Shown here: piece after piece, positions 50,731-63,019 of the stretch | Layout: each line of letters starts with the position of its first letter | How positions within the stretch are numbered: position 1 is the stretch's first letter | Assembly (NCBI GenBank): GCA_951406725.2 | Contig: OX597820.1 | Coordinates: forward strand, 25,978,001-26,042,000 | Length of the DNA: 64,000 nt | Source: Octopus vulgaris | Taxonomy: Eukaryota | Direction: 5' to 3' | The notes under the pieces: generated by a model | What the model saw: only the letters and a program-made list of their open reading frames with translations | The model's database searches: none | What the model was told of the DNA's origin: nothing | Made by a program: the position numbers and the translations under genes

Positions 50731-52139
50731 TTAATGCAGTAAACTGTACCTCCAGATAGTGGGATTAGTAAAAATTGCCTTTGCTATATTGGCTAGTGTT
50801 TGATCTTTTGACAAGCTGCTACCCTTAGAAACAAACTAGCATACCTGTGACTCCCATGCCACATTTTATTCCTTTTTACTCATTTTTCTTTCTATAATAT
50901 TTAATATTTAATTTGTACTAATAAATTGAAAAAAACATAAGACAATTTCTGAAGCAAAAAATTAAACCTGATTACTAGTCAGTTTTGTTTTTTTAATTGC
51001 TGAATCATCTCTTGGCTTAGATACCAGTTACTTATAAATTAGATGAAAAAAAAAAACCCATAGTCATTCACTTGCTAATTAAGGTACCCATTAATCATAA
51101 TCACTGTTGGCCCTCCTACCGTTGACCTCATAGAACCTCCAGGATGTGACAGCTGGTGGGAGGGAGAAATAAATTGTCTTGTTCATAACATTTTTCTTTT
51201 TCCACAATATCATTTGTCCTTGAACATGATGTTACCCATAAAGCAGGATTCTTACTGCTTTATAGTCTGGTACAATTTTAGCTTGAGGCTAGCTTTACTC
51301 AGCTCACTTGCTCAGCTACCATACAACATATAAATAGTAATGCATTATAGATTTACCCTAGTTTAACTGTCATGAAGCTTACAAGTTCTCTTAAATTTGA
51401 ATGTTAAGATGAAAATCTTGATGTTCTGAGAAACACCTTAAGTGACAAAAAATGTTTCTCTGTCCAAAAGTACAACTTTTGAAACTCATCTTGCCATGGC
51501 CACTGTGGTATACAAACTTAAATAAATTTACAAATTACAATAAATCAATTTTGTTATGCAGAGCATATTTTCCTCAGAATCTGGTTTTTATTTGTGATAT
51601 CCTGATCTTATTCATACAGGCGTTAATGTGCTTTTTGTTTGTTTATTTATTTTTGCCCTTTGCTACATTCCCTGGATTCTAGGCATCAGATGATACAACG
51701 CCCACCTCCTTTTTTTAAATTTTTTTTTTCAAAAAGAATAACTTGGGATTTATGAAACAAGGGCTTATATTACTCAGTACATGTGAAACAAGGGCTAACT
51801 TAGTCTGAAAACAACCATGGACATTTGGAATAAACTTACAAAACTACTTTTGACAGACAAAGGGTTAATTGAAGTAAAGATGCTATTCTGCTTTCTATGT
51901 TATCATCTTCAATCGGCAAATTTGTATTTTATGTTTACATAATAAATTTTATAACGAGCTTGTTTCATTTTGCCTGTCACCGTCTCTTTCTCTTTCTCTC
52001 TCTCTCTCTCTCACTGCAATTGTCTTCCTCCTAAACAATCTGTAACTGATAAGTTAACACAATTTGTTCATTTGATAACAATTATATATTGGGTTATCAC
52101 ATAATTTTCATTAGCCTGACATCGTTTTATTATTGAATA

Positions 52140-52173
52140 ATGGAAGTATATAGTGAGCATAAAGGTTCTGTTG
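52140..52173 (+). CDS. Candidate short first coding exon (MEVYSEHKGSV, phase 1)
   Basis: ataATGG context and 34 nt, then GTAAGT at 52174. Would splice to the acceptor at 63989 without a stop in the 11 visible bases (…GSV-A-S-L-T). Confidence 0.4.
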
Positions 52174-52762
52174 GTAAGTTCTTTTGCTTTTCGGTTTGGA
52201 ATCTACTCTAGCTTGTGTTACTAATGTCCCAGGAAAAAATCTAATCTGCATGTTAGAAAGTCCTATTTACTCTTGTAAACTATGTTTGAAGAAGTGTGAA
52301 TACTGATAGGGTGTATGGCTGTGTGTATTGTATTTCCTGTTTTCTTCTGATTATTGCCTGTTTATAAGCCACAGCCAGAGCCTAGACAACTGTCCAAGTT
52401 TGATTCTTATTTTGCTGATGACTTGGAGAAATATAGGAACATTCTAACCTCCTGCTCTCCCTCTTTTTTTATATATACCAGTGTAGCTCTGTACTAAAGA
52501 ACTAAGACCTCAGTTTCAATTAGTCCAACAAGGACAATAGAAATGATAGTACTGAAGATAGAAACCTCCTAGTATCCTGCTCTCCCTTTAATATACAAAT
52601 GTAGCTCTGCTAAAGAAGTAATATCTCCATCACAATTGGTCTAACAAAGACAGTGGAGCAGTAGAAATGGTATTGCTGAACTAAGCACTTTTAGTTTCAC
52701 TTTTAGATTTATTTACTGCTTTTGGCCATTAAGCGATGGCAATCCCAAGTCCCCACCTTTAA

Positions 52763-53203
52763 CCATTTAGAATTCAGATTACTCTATCAAATGTAATGTT
52801 TATTTAATCACTGTTTTCAATTAATCATGCATTATCTTGTAGCTTTGAGATTTCGATGATGTGATTGCTTATTTTTAGATTGACATTGCAGAATAGGCAT
52901 GATAGGCTGGATATGGCTAGTTTGAACATAAAGCAGGTAGGATATCTGGGCCGGATGTCACCAGTTTGAATGCTAATGGGTTAACCCTTTCGTTACTAAC
53001 CTGGCCAAAACTGGCTCTGGCTGTAGTACAAATGTCTTGTTTTCGTAAGTTTTGCATCAAAATATACCACCAAACTTTAGTTGCAATTTATATTCCTAAC
53101 ACTAGCTTAATGATAACTAAGTTATTTTACTAAATTCTTTGTTATATTTAAAATAACTGAAAGAAACACAGAGCATCTGAAAATAAATACAGTAACGAAA
53201 AGG
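52763..53203. mobile_element. Abutting MITE-A (52763-52980) and MITE-B (52985-53203) sharing one TTAA
   Basis: Junction tgctaatggg TTAA ccctttcgttac at 52981-52984. Confidence 0.85.
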
Positions 53204-54217
53204 TTAAGGGGTTTTAGTTTATTATATCCACTAACTTCCAGTACTTATTCCACCCTGATATTAACTCTATCAAATGGCTAAATTACTTTTTGATGCAATG
53301 AAACACAGCTTGATGCTCTATTTTATGACAGTAAAATAAGTACCAATCACTAAAGTCAAATCAATCTCCCTCCTCCTCCTCCATGGATAAAGATCTTGTC
53401 AACATAACATATTAAATAGTGCACTGAGTTGTTTGACCCAGGTCAGATATTATCAAGTAGACCTATGATCCAAACAATTTACTCATGACCATCTTATATA
53501 AGATAATGTAGATAAATTATCTGAAAAAGTCTTTTTAGCATAGTTGGGCTGAAGAGAAATTTAGCTATTTCTAGTAGGTTGAGTGAACGTACAAGTTTTT
53601 TTCATTGACTCACATATTACAGTTAGTAGATATAAAAGCTCTGTTGCAAGTATCATATTGTCAGCTTAGTCAAGAGACTTTACTCTATTTGCTTTGTAAT
53701 TTGCATTCATTTATGCAGTATGTGATTTGTGAATTTGTGTTACTAAGCTATAAAGGAAGCTTGCTTTTGAATTTTTATAGGAACTTATTAAATTCACTTG
53801 CAAAAATCCTTTAAGAATGCCTATTTATCACAATTTCTTGTGTCCTTTCCTCAATGAAAAATTTTAAAAGATCGACCTTGTTATTAACTTAAGATTTTGG
53901 TTATTTCCTGCTTGGGTACCATTGAACTTAGAGCTCTAACCCCTTCATTACTATATTCCTAATTGAAATAGAATACCCTCATTTCATTTAGGTAATTGCA
54001 ATTAATTATGAAAATGGCAAAGAATTTAATAAGATAACTTTAACAAATTGGTATTTGTAACATTTAATTAAAATGAACTTTTGATAAGTTTTAATCTATA
54101 TTGCTTTAGCCCTTTAGCATTTAATCTAGCCTAAATATTTTACCAATTCTATGTTCAAACTGGCTGTATCTGGCCTCTCACATCTACCTTACAATTTCAT
54201 TCTAAAAATAAACAATT

Positions 54218-54810
54218 GAGACCCAACACTCAAAAGGAACTCAGCCACCTTGCCTCTGTTAGGTCCAACACTCAAAAGGAACTCAAGCCACTTTGCCTTC
54301 ATGTGGCCCAGAAGCTCAATCACTTTACCACCATGAGGCTCAATGCTCAAAAGGGACTCAGCCACCTCATCTTCATGAGGCCTGCTTGAAAGGAACCCAG
54401 CCACTTTACCTCCGTGAGGCCCATCACTTGAAAGTAGCTCAGCCACTTTACCTCCGTGAGGCCCATCACTCGAAAGTAGCTCAGCCACTTTAACTCCGTG
54501 AGGCCCATTACTCGAAAGTAACTTGGCCACTTTGCCTCCATGAGGCCCAATGCTTGGAAGGAACTCTCTTTACTTCCATCAGGCCCAACACTCAAAAGGT
54601 ACTCAGCCACTTTGCCTCCCTGAGGCCCAACATTCAAAGGTTGATTTTTTTTTTATCTTTGTTCCACCAGCATGGGTGCACTTAGCTTGATGGGCTCTCT
54701 TAAGTAGAGCATATCGCCAAGGGTCTCGGTCACTAATCATTGCCTCTGTGAGGTTCAAAGTTTGAAGGTCATACTTTACTACTTCATCTCATGTCTTCCT
54801 GGGTCTACCT
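54218..54810 (-). mobile_element. RTE 3' end with a 42-bp tandem array in the UTR
   Basis: Minus strand reads GRPRKT*DEVVKYDLQTLNLTEAMISDRDPWRYALLK (54695-54810). About 10 copies of cagccactttacctccgtgaggcccatcactcgaaagtagct follow at 54218-54640. Confidence 0.85.
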
Positions 54811-55153
54811 GTGTTTTCTACTATAGCCTCAGATCAACCAAAGCCTTTTGAATGGATTTGGTAGATGGAAACTGAAGTGTGTGTCTGTCTGTCTGTCTGT
54901 GTGTATGTGTGTGTGTGTGTCTGTCTGTCTGTCTATGTCAATCACCAATTGACAACCAGTGTTGTGTTTGTGCCCCTGCAACTTAGTGGTTCAGCAAAAG
55001 AGGCCAATAGAATTAGTACCATGATTAAAAAAAAGTACTGGGGTTGGTTCATTTATTCAACTAAAAATTCAAGTTGGTGCCCCAGTATGGCCAACTGAAG
55101 TAAGTAAAAAATAAAATAAAAAGATGTAACTGAGTTGACCCACCAATGAAGCC

Positions 55154-55195
<42 letters not shown>

Positions 55196-56059
55196 ACTCA
55201 GCCTGCTGAAGAAAAAAAACCCAAACCTTGCTCAGATTACACTTTACTGTCTTCGAAAGGAAGAGACTATCGTATTCAATGCGTCACTCAGATGTGTTAG
55301 TTGGTTTCGTTGGAATGCTTTTTGATCATAAGGTTTACTTAGTCATGCTTGACATGGAGCTGAACAAAAACAAAAGTATGAGATTGTGTATTTGTGTAAT
55401 AACCTGTAAGGGAAGAGGAATCTTTTTGTTTCTTTTTTTTATCAGATTCATCAAAACTGGCAGGCTGTTAAATTTAATTCTTTCGGTATAATTTTTTTAT
55501 AATGTAAAAACCCAGTGAACTTACTTGTGATACTTTTGTTACATTGTGAAACATTTTCGATGTGGCATTAATTTCATGCATAACTTCTTGTGTGTACATC
55601 CACTACTTCAGTTTCTTTTCAGTTTAAAAGTGAAGGTTTATCTGTCCCCAATAGTAGTTGAACTGTGATGCTCCTAGTTTTATTGAACCTTGCAGTTATT
55701 GTTGAAAACCGGTGAAGTTATTTGAAATCTTCTTTTATACAAGAAGGCCTTATGAGGTTTCAATTCCTAGACCAGTTAGTACATTGTATTCTTGTGTAAA
55801 ACATCTTACTTTCTATTGCCCCAATCAACTTGGCTGTAATGAATAGTCTGGGTACTGGTGCAGCTCTTTCTGTCTTGCTTTTTCTTTCTGTCTGTCCGTC
55901 TTTCTCCCCTACACGTGTGTGTGTGTGTGTGTCTCACACACATTCTGGATGTTTTGATGGTCTAAAAGTGAGAGGACCAGTAAGGTATCTATACCTCCGC
56001 GTAACTATTTAGGTATCAAAAAGAAAACAAAAATTCATAAAAGCCTGGAAGCTAAACTC

Positions 56060-56433
56060 TCTTTACTCTTTTATTTGTTTCAGTCATTTGACTGTGGCCA
56101 TGCTGGAGCACCGCCTTTAGTCAAGCAAATTGACCCCAGGACTTATTCTTTGTAAGCCTTGTACTTATTCTATCGGTCTCTTTTTGCCGAACTGCTAAGT
56201 TATGGGGACATAAATACACCGGCATCAGTTGTCAAGCGATGTTGGGGGGACACACACACACACACACACACACACAACTGGCTTCTTTCAGTTTCCGTCT
56301 AGCAAATCCACTCACAAGGCTTTGGTCGGCCCGAGGCTATAGTAGAAGGCACTTGCCCAAGGTGCCATGCAGTGGGACTGAACCTGGAACCATGTGGTTG
56401 GTAAGCAAGCTACTTACCACACAGCCACTCCTA
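56060..56433 (-). mobile_element. SINE family 1
   Basis: Near-consensus full copy. Further copies at about 40545, 50155, 54812, 56610-56962, 57035, 57700 and 59316-59680. Confidence 0.85.
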
Positions 56434-57248
56434 CCATGCCGTGATGACTGGCTACAGAGTACTATTATTTATGCAAGTTAAAATGTTACCAACTCCAAAG
56501 AGCAACCAAAAGTAATCACAGAAAGTGAGCTACTAATTAAGTGTTTCACAATACTCCCTGGATTTATCAAATTCAAGTGGAAAAGCAATGAACTCTAAAT
56601 ATGTTTTTTCTTTTACTTGTTTCAGTCATTAGATTGTGGCCATGATGGGGCACTGCCTTGAAGAATTTTGGTCAACAAATCAACTCCAGCTTCTTTTTTA
56701 GTCTGGTACTTATACTATTGGTCTGTTTTGCTGAACTGCTAAGTTATGGGGACATAAACATAACACTGGTTGTCAATTGGTGGTGGGCGACAAGCACAAA
56801 CAGAAAGGCAAATGTTCGCACACATGATGTGCTTGTTTCAGTCTAGCAAATCCACTCTCAAGGCTTTAGGCAGCCTGAGGCTATAGAAGACACTTGCCCA
56901 AGGTGTCATTCATTCCATGTGGCTGGAAAGTAAACATCTTACCACACAGCCAAACATGCACCTAGGTAACTTTCTTCAGCAAAAATAATTTGAATTTAAA
57001 CAAGAATTAAATGTGTGAATTTTGAGTGGCCGGCATGGCTGTGTGGTTAAAAAACTTGTTTTGCAACCATATGGTTTCAGGTTCAGTCTACTGCATGGCA
57101 CCTTGGGCAGGTGTCTTCTATTATAGCCTCAGGCCAACCAATACCTTGTGAGTGAATATGGGGAATGTAAAATGTGTTGAAGCCCAACTGTGTCAAACCA
57201 TCGAAATCATGCCAGCTTGGAAAAAGGAAATTAAATGTGATAATGATA

Positions 57249-57400
57249 TACAGCGGGGGTGCTGAAAAGTTCCTGGTTGGGGGCATAACCTTCCAAGTGC
57301 TTTCACAGGGCTTAGAAAAACTGAAGGACTGCTGCAATAAGTGTGTGAATCTGAGAGGGGGAATATGTTGAATAAGATCATAATTAACTGATCCTCCTGT
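57249..57400 (+). mobile_element. Internally deleted mariner element
   Basis: ta|cagcgggggtgctgaaaagttcc TIR-like start. Encodes the mariner C-terminus GLEKLKDCCNKCVNLRG..VE* and ends ctcctg|ta. Confidence 0.7.
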
Positions 57401-57401
57401 A

Positions 57402-57655
57402 CACTATTTACATTATTTACATTTGATGGATATTTGTCCTCATCTTGTTTGTTGCTAACACAACGTTTCTGCTGATATACTCTCCAAACTTCTTCTGGTG
57501 TCTTGGGAAAATTTTGAACCTGGTTCTCATTCCTAAGGTATTTTTCGATGTTATTATTATTATTATTGTTGTTGTTATTGTTCAGGTCACTGCTTGGAAT
57601 CGAAGTCGGAATCTTAAGGTTCATAGCCCGTGCTCTTAACCCATATGCCATGGGC
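57402..57655 (-). mobile_element. tRNA-derived SINE family 4 with decayed hammerhead-like motif
   Basis: Head tggcatatgggttaagagcacgggc..acttcgattcc (B box at 57596-57606), then an (AAC/AAT)n spacer. The HHR-like motif lies at 57457-57502 and the tail is (aatgtaaat)n. Confidence 0.75.
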
Positions 57656-57926
57656 ATATTTTCTTTTACTCAAAGCCAGGATATTTTCAGCACCCCTTCA
57701 TATATGTATGCATGTCTTTGTCCCCCAACTACCACTGGAGAACTGGTGTTGGATTGTTTACATCCCCATAACTTAGTGTTTCAGCAAAAGGAATAGAATA
57801 GAAAAAAATGCCAGACTGAGAAAAACAGTACTGGGGTTGATTTGTTTAACTAAATCTTTTACGGTGATACTCCGGCATACCTGCAATCCAGTGACTGAAA
57901 CAAACGAAAAAACACTTTACATAAAA

Positions 57927-58320
57927 CTAGCAGTATCACCTGGCGTTGTTCAGGTTTGTTTCGACCCTTTAGAATTGGAATTTTTGAAAAGTAAAAATTT
58001 TGCATTATGTAGCTTGTTATTCTCTTTAAGAGAACATTTGTCTGGTTGAAATACAACGAAAAATGGCGACACAGCAGTAAAAAAATCATAAAAAATAGGG
58101 ATTTTCATAGGAAAAAAAAGCACTTTTTTGATGTAAATAATTTTTTATGTTAACATGGTCCAATTTGAATTTTTTCTTCTATGGAAGGAAGAGCGAGCCT
58201 TCTTCTATCATACTCTCAATTTTGGTCAACTTGCGCTGCAGGGTTTCGGAGGAGATAGTGTTAGTTGAAGGCTACCAAACCTGCCATACACAGACAACTT
58301 CAGCTTCATATATATAGAGA
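57927..58320 (-). mobile_element. Non-autonomous Helitron (same termini as 30944-31458, different interior)
   Basis: actagcagtatcacctggcgttgttcaggtttgt at one end and atatatatagaga at the other. Confidence 0.8.
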
Positions 58321-59844
58321 CATACGAGCAGCTTATTGTATACAGTGGTTCAGGTTCACTACAATATTGGTGAAAATATATTCAAGTTTTTGTATGGATA
58401 TCTATGGTTTTATATTGCATCATTTTTGGTTATTTCTTGTATTTTTTTTATTAGTTCTATTTACCTTTAGTTAAACAAATAAGTGTTTCTGCAGATGGTT
58501 TACTTATCTTCCTTCGATAAGCAACATTCGTAACTGTTTTACCCCCTACCTTACATGAGTGTTTCCGAAATCACTGCTGGGAGGAAGGGCTATGTAATAA
58601 AACAATAAAGAAATAACCTGTTGGATTTCTAATCAGACAGTCTCCAGTTCCACATGGTCTGCAGACATCATGTTGTACTCTTTTTATGCAAGAGCTTGTA
58701 AACCACATGATTCAATATGGCACTCCCACTGAGCAGCTAGCAAAAGCAGACACATCCAGCTGTAAAAATATTCACGTTTACCAAAAATCTTCATTATTAT
58801 TGTTATTATTATTATAACTAGCATTGAAATATATAAAACAGTTTACTACTACTTAAAAAGGGAGGAAATTATTGCAATGTTGGCATTCTTTAAATTTCGG
58901 TAAATGAATGTATTGCTTCGTTGGCCTTTCTGTAATACTTAAATCGGTTTTGGCTGCTGTTTCCTGTAGCCAGCTGCTGCTGCTGTTCACCAGGGTTGAG
59001 TTGAACAACAATGAGATGTACAAGCTCTTGTATAAAAGCACATGATGGAAGTAGACTGTATGGAAAATGATTGTTCAGCTTCATTTTTTTAACGGGCTCT
59101 TTTGGGACTGTATAATCCATTATACCCACCTTTCAAGTGTAAGGTGTGGTTTGAGGGTGGTTTCCGTTGCTATTTCTTGAATTTTGGATGATCATGTAAA
59201 AGCTCCTTTATTAGCTCAATATATTTTGAGTTGGCAAAAGACTGCAGCGCCAATAACTTTTTAAGTGTTTAGTACTGTCTGCTGCAGAATTTGAGTTAAA
59301 AATGAAATTTATTTACAGGCATAGTTGTGTGGTTAAGAAGTTTGCTTCCCAACCACATGATTCCAAGTTCAATCCTATTGCATGACACCTTGGGCAAGTG
59401 TCTTTTGTAACCCCAGACCAACCAATGTCTTGCGAGAGTGAATTTGGCAGACAAACACTGTGCGTATGTGTGCACATGCACAAGTGTATGTTTGTGTTTG
59501 CCCCACCCTCACTGCTTGACAACTTGTGTTGGTTTGTTTACATCCCTAACCTTGTGCTTCAGCAAAAGACACCAATACAATGAGTATCACTTAAAATAGG
59601 TACTGGGGGTCCACTTTGTATGATTAAATCTACAAGGTGGTGCTCTAACTTGGGGGCGGTCCAATGAGTAAAACATGTAAGAGTAATAGTCATGGCAAAT
59701 GTCATGTTTAAATTTAAAATCAGATAAGACAAATGTAGTATCACTTTTGACCTTGTTCCATAGTTTAATTTACTGTTTGACGAGAAAAATGTATATTTTT
59801 CATTAAATTTTCTGCATAATTTTAAATCCATTCTTATCAGTACC

Positions 59845-60325
59845 TCATTATCATCATTGTTTAACATCTGCTTTCCATGCTGGCATGGGTTGGGCGGTTT
59901 GACTGGGGACTGGTGAGCCAGATGGCTGCATCAGGCTCCATCTGATCTGGCAGAGTTTCTAGTGCTGGATGCCATTCCTAACACCAACCACTCTAAGAGT
60001 GTAGTGGGTGCATTTCCATGCCACCGGCATGAGGGCCAGTCAGGCGGTACTGGCAATGGCCATGCTCAAATGGTGTTTTTACATGTCACCTGCACAGGAG
60101 CCAGTCCAGAGGCACTGGCAACACCCTTGCTCGAATGTTGTTTTTCATGTACCACTGGCACAAGTGCCAGTAATGCGACACTGGTAACGGTCATGCTCGA
60201 ATGGTGCTTTTTACGTGCCACCAGCACGGGGGCCAGTGAGTGGCCCTGGTAATGATCACGCTCAGATGGTGCTCTTAGCGCTCCACTAGCACGGGTGCCA
60301 GTCATGTAGTGCTGTCATTGAATTT
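59845..60325 (-). mobile_element. RTE 3'UTR with tandem hairpin units
   Basis: Reverse complement of the 45160-45634 family. Confidence 0.85.
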
Positions 60326-60848
60326 GATACCTATCTTTTTAAAATTAAACCATGTCTTTCTGAATCTAATGAGGTAAGCCTCTACAGGAGTAATTTGAGT
60401 TGTTAGAAATAGCAGTTAAATTATCAAGTCACACCCTACCATTTAAAAAAAAATGGAAGGAGATATTTGTATACACTGAAGTTGAAAAAAGATGGGATGA
60501 TCATGGCTGGAATGCCTGTAATTATAGGTCTTCTTGATGAGGGTTAATTTGTAGGCTTAATAGTAAGTAATTATCTGTATATTCTTTTTGACTGACCTGA
60601 TAATTGAACATCCATCATACAGGATGGTCCTAGAAGCTTGACTGCTGCTACCCAAACAGCTAGAAATGGCAACCAATCTCTCTTATAACATACTATCTTA
60701 AAAAGGAAGGGACACATTGGTCAAATCTTAGATATGAAATGTTTGAGAGAGTACCATGGTGAATCCTTTGGACAAAAGTCAAATTGACTACAGAAGATGT
60801 TCTTTTTGTTATCAACTTCAGTGCACTTGAGCACTGTATACAATTTCA

Positions 60849-61890
60849 TTATTTTTACCCTGCATGTGTAATCGAAAGCAGGGTATTGTAATCACTTGTT
60901 TTTGTCTGTGTGTTTGCAAAATTACTGGAAAACAGCTGAATGGATTTTCACATTTTGCAGAAATACTCATTGGGTGAGTGGCTTGAAATGAACATTTGGT
61001 TTGATTATCTTTGAAAAAAAAAATCGAACTTACAAATTTCCCGATAAGCAAGTGGACATGTTGTTTTGTTCACTTTCTTTTTCATATGAATCTACCCTTG
61101 TCTGCGTGTGTATAGATCATGGTGTATCTATGTGTGTAAATACATACAGAAATACATAGATATGCAACTCTGTGTGTACAGTGATAGATTCAAGGGTTTC
61201 ATTTATTTATGAGTTGATTTCTTAATTTCTCTGGAGCATAAATACCTATAATGGTGATACTTAAAAGAAAGAATAAACAAAAATCGAACTTAAAAATTTC
61301 CTGATAAGCAAGTAGTCATATTTTTTTCACTTTTTCTGCATGTCTATAGATCATGGTAGACATGTACATACATACATACATACATACATACGTGACTGTG
61401 TACAGTGACGGATTCAAGGGTTTCATTTATTTACGAGTTGATTTAACTTCACTGGAGTATAAATACCTATAATGGTGGTACTTAATTTATGACTTGCTTT
61501 CTTAGTTTCACCGGAATATAACTACTTATGATAGTGATACTTAAAATAAATAAATATTGAACTTACAAATTTCCCGATAAGCAAGTGGTCATATTTTGTT
61601 CACTTTTTCATATAAATTGACCCTCATCTGCATGTGTATAGATCATGGTGTACCCATATGCATGCATGCATGCATACATATGTGACTGTGTGTGTACAGT
61701 AATGGAAATGAGGGTTTCGTTTATTTACTAATTGATTTCTGAATATCACTGGAGCATAAATGGTGATATTTAAAAATAAAATAAAAATTCAGTTCAATTA
61801 AAAAGAATGGGTAAGTGACACATTGTAAGCCACACTATAATTTACGAAAAACTTTATCTGTGTGCAGGGTATACATTGCCCCTTTTTTCT
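60849..61890 (+). mobile_element. DINE-1/Helentron-like non-autonomous element with three ~260-275-bp internal tandem repeats
   Basis: 5' taccctgc (60856) has a nearby inverse gcagggta (60878), then a gtct/gtgt tract. Tandem units start near 61022, 61282 and 61557. The 3' sub-terminal gcagggta is at 61864 and both flanks are T-rich. Confidence 0.7.
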
Positions 61891-62069
61891 TTTTTTTTTA
61901 TATTTATTATAAAGATATGGTTTTATTTCTGAAGGCCAGCTATGAGCCAATATTTAAAATAGTTTATAAGATTTTAGTACAATTCATATTTGTCTCATTG
62001 AACAGTAACACTAAACTGTGAAACAAGGTCAAACTGATACTTATTTTTTTTTTTTATTTTTTTTTTTTA

Positions 62070-62513
62070 CCCTTTTGTTACCAACCCAGCTTAACTCTTT
62101 AGTGTTCGCATTATTCTGCCAAAATTAATCCTTTTTTATCTAAATTGTTTTGAACTAATCATGCATTATCTTGAATCTATGAGATTTTGATGAGGTACCT
62201 GTAATTTTTAAAACGATATTGTAGGGTTAGTGTGAGAGACCAGATCTGGCCAGTCTGACCATAAAACAGGCAGAATACTTTTGGCCGGATATGGCCGGTT
62301 TAAAGGCTAAAGGGTTAAACCAGCTCTGGCTCTGAGTACAAATGTCTTGTTTTCATAAGTTTTGAATTAAAATCTTCCACCAAACCTTAATCACAATTTA
62401 TGTTCCTAACACTAGCTGAATGATAACTAAGTTATTTTACTTAATTCATTGTTATATTTAAAGTAATTGAAAGAAACACAGAGCATCTCAAAATGAATAC
62501 AGTAACGAAAGGG
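62070..62513. mobile_element. MITE-B containing MITE-A (62095-62314) with TTAA duplication
   Basis: TTAA at 62091-62094 and 62315-62318. The MITE-B halves rejoin. Confidence 0.85.
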
Positions 62514-62529
62514 TTAAATGTGATTTTAA

Positions 62530-62952
62530 CCATTAAGTATTCAGATTGCTTGGTTAACCATAATACATAATTTTCACTTGTTTTGAGTTAATCTTGCTTT
62601 ATCTCATAGCTTTGAGATTTCAATGATGCTATTGTTTATCTTTAACCCTTTCGTTACCAACCTGGCTGAAACCGGCTCTGGGTACAAATGTCTTGTTTTC
62701 ATAAGTTTTTAATTAAAATCTTCCACCAAACCTTAGTCACAATTTATGTTTCTAACACTAGCTTAATGATAACTAAGTTATTTTAATAAATTCTTTGTTA
62801 TATTTAAAGTAATTGAAAGAAACACAGAGCATTTCAAAATAAATACTGTAACGAAAGGGTGAAAATAAGTGTGAGAGGCTAGATCCTGCCAGTAGTAACC
62901 TAGAACAGGTAGAATATTTTGGCCAGATATAGCTAGTTTAAATGCTAAAGGG
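62530..62952. mobile_element. MITE-A containing MITE-B (62646-62859)
   Basis: ttaa|ccctttcgttacc at 62642 and gaaaggg|tgaa at 62859. The MITE-A end atgctaaaggg|ttaa is at 62952. Confidence 0.8.
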
Positions 62953-63019
62953 TTAATAAACTTTACATATTTTTGCTTATTTTTAAACTTGCTTGGTCTG
63001 CAGGAAGAGGTAGTGTCCT

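Noticed and set aside
54189-54637. Repeat protein VAELLSSDGPHGGK as a host CDS
   Set aside because: A 42-bp minisatellite in an RTE 3'UTR with frameshifts between units.
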